Of a stretch of 64,000 nt of DNA, positions 62,792 through 64,000 are shown one piece after another. Source of the DNA: an uncultured delta proteobacterium (GTDB lineage Bacteria > Desulfobacterota > Binatia > UBA9968); NCBI GenBank assembly GCA_963745835.1, contig CAVUZH010000019.1:160001-224000 (forward strand). Direction: 5' to 3'. The number at the start of each line of letters is the position of its first letter. Position 1 is the stretch's first letter. The notes below the pieces were generated by a model. That model made no database searches. It was not told the origin of the DNA and saw nothing but the letters and a program-made list of their open reading frames with translations. A program made the position numbers and the translations under genes.

Positions 62792-63742
62792 TTAATACCC
62801 CGGCAAGGCCGCCGCTGCGGGATGAAATAGCGTCGTATAATCGATCCGCGTCGGCGACAAACCTTGCTCATGCCCATATTGGGTCATCGCCTCCAGCACG
62901 GTTCTGTTATTCTCGATGTTGTACGCCCAATAGTTTTCGCCCATCAGATCACGCTGCTCGGCCACGGCAGCAGCCATCCACGAATAGATGATGATTTGCG
63001 GATCCGCGCCTTCGAGACGTTCAAAGGCGATGTCGCGCGACCGTCGAAACGCATTTAACAGCGCGACCGGCGCGCTTGGATTGCGATCGACGAATTCCTG
63101 CTTCAGTGTAACGATGTGGCTGGTGGGAAAAATCCCGGTCTTTCTAAAGTAATTTTGTTCCTCGCTGGGATAGTCACGAAATAGCCGGCGGGTGCGCGGA
63201 TCGCGCACCGAAATTGACCGAAGAATATTGGGGCCGATGACCGCGTCGATCTTTCCTTCGACGAGCAGGTTGTCCAGGATGGTATCGGCATCGCCGGCGC
63301 CGTCGAGCTTCTGGATGCGAATGCCCTCGGCCACGCCTTCTCTCGTCACGCGCGGCGCCAGCCAGTCGATATTTTTTAAGTCCACGCCGTAATAATGCTG
63401 CAGCGCGCCGCGCGCCCACACCCCCGCCGTGTTGTCCCACTGCATGATGCCGACCCGTCGTCCTTGCAAATCTTTCGCCGTCTCGATGCCGGCTTTGCTG
63501 TTGACGAAAATATAAGCCAGGCGAAATTTTCGATTGGGAAATGCCGGGATGGAGATATGCGGCACTGCCTGGGCGTAGTCACGCACTCGCGCCGCGAAGC
63601 CGCAGTCCCAGGCGTCAGCCGCCCCTTCATTCGGCACGAACTCCCAGTCGAAGCCTTCGATTTTCACTGTGCCGTCGGTGATCGGAATGTTGGTGTCGAT
63701 GGTCGGCTCACGAAAATAAAATTTCAGTTTCGGATTGGCCAT
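62792..63742 (-). CDS. SBP-fold protein of the 4,5-dihydroxyphthalate decarboxylase-like family, no signal peptide
   Basis: IPAFPNRKFR, DLQGRRVG, TAGVWARG, LF.DY..EE..YF.KTGIFP.SH, YWAYNIENN; distant paralogue of 12446-13438. Confidence 0.78.
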   Translation of the reverse strand: MANPKLKFYFREPTIDTNIPITDGTVKIEGFDWEFVPNEGAADAWDCGFAARVRDYAQAVPHISIPAFPNRKFRLAYIFVNSKAGIETAKDLQGRRVGIMQWDNTAGVWARGALQHYYGVDLKNIDWLAPRVTREGVAEGIRIQKLDGAGDADTILDNLLVEGKIDAVIGPNILRSISVRDPRTRRLFRDYPSEEQNYFRKTGIFPTSHIVTLKQEFVDRNPSAPVALLNAFRRSRDIAFERLEGADPQIIIYSWMAAAVAEQRDLMGENYWAYNIENNRTVLEAMTQYGHEQGLSPTRIDYTTLFHPAAAALPGY

Positions 63743-64000
63743 GGTCTTGTTCTCCTTCCGTCGATCATCGCAAAGGTGCTGCGGCAACGGTCAGCTTTTA
63801 TCATCTAACTTTTCCGGCGCAAAGCCGGTCTGGAAAATTGTTTTCTTTTCGGATAGCTGTTAGCCGAGCATGAGACAGATTGATCCGATCGGACGCCATA
63901 CCAGATCGATCTTCAAGTCGGATACTGGAGGATTTGGTTTGTTCCGGTAATCTGCGGCATAAACTCAGCGATTGGCACGTCAACAAAACGGAGAAGCTCA

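Overview
Bacterial chromosomal window, moderately GC-rich. The gene content (many orphan solute-binding proteins, Bug/TctC proteins, amidohydrolases, spoVG, gshB) resembles Candidatus Binatia or related deltaproteobacteria-like lineages; this assignment is inference. About ten otherwise intact genes are split by single-base indels, which suggests an uncorrected long-read consensus. Layout: spoVG and prmA-rsmE-RDD-gshB housekeeping genes (1.5-5.5 kb); a solute-uptake/catabolic cluster (5.7-18 kb); hemW; a putative trans-envelope cyclic-nucleotide signalling locus (19.8-28 kb) made of a CHASE2 class III cyclase with guanylate-cyclase-type specificity residues, a FecR-TPR-beta-barrel receptor, two secreted Cys-containing proteins and a triple peptidoglycan-binding protein; moaB-moaD-moaE; more transporters and acs (33-42 kb); and a stress/ion-homeostasis region (42-62.5 kb) with ndh, a ClsC-like phospholipase D, a group 1 mrpABCDEFG operon whose MrpG is fused in frame to a YbaL/Kef-type RCK (TrkA_N) domain, a USP, a P-II protein and phosphoketolase. 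Three related MITE-like elements of about 155-185 bp abut stop codons. No rRNA, tRNA, CRISPR array, integrase or transposase was recognised.
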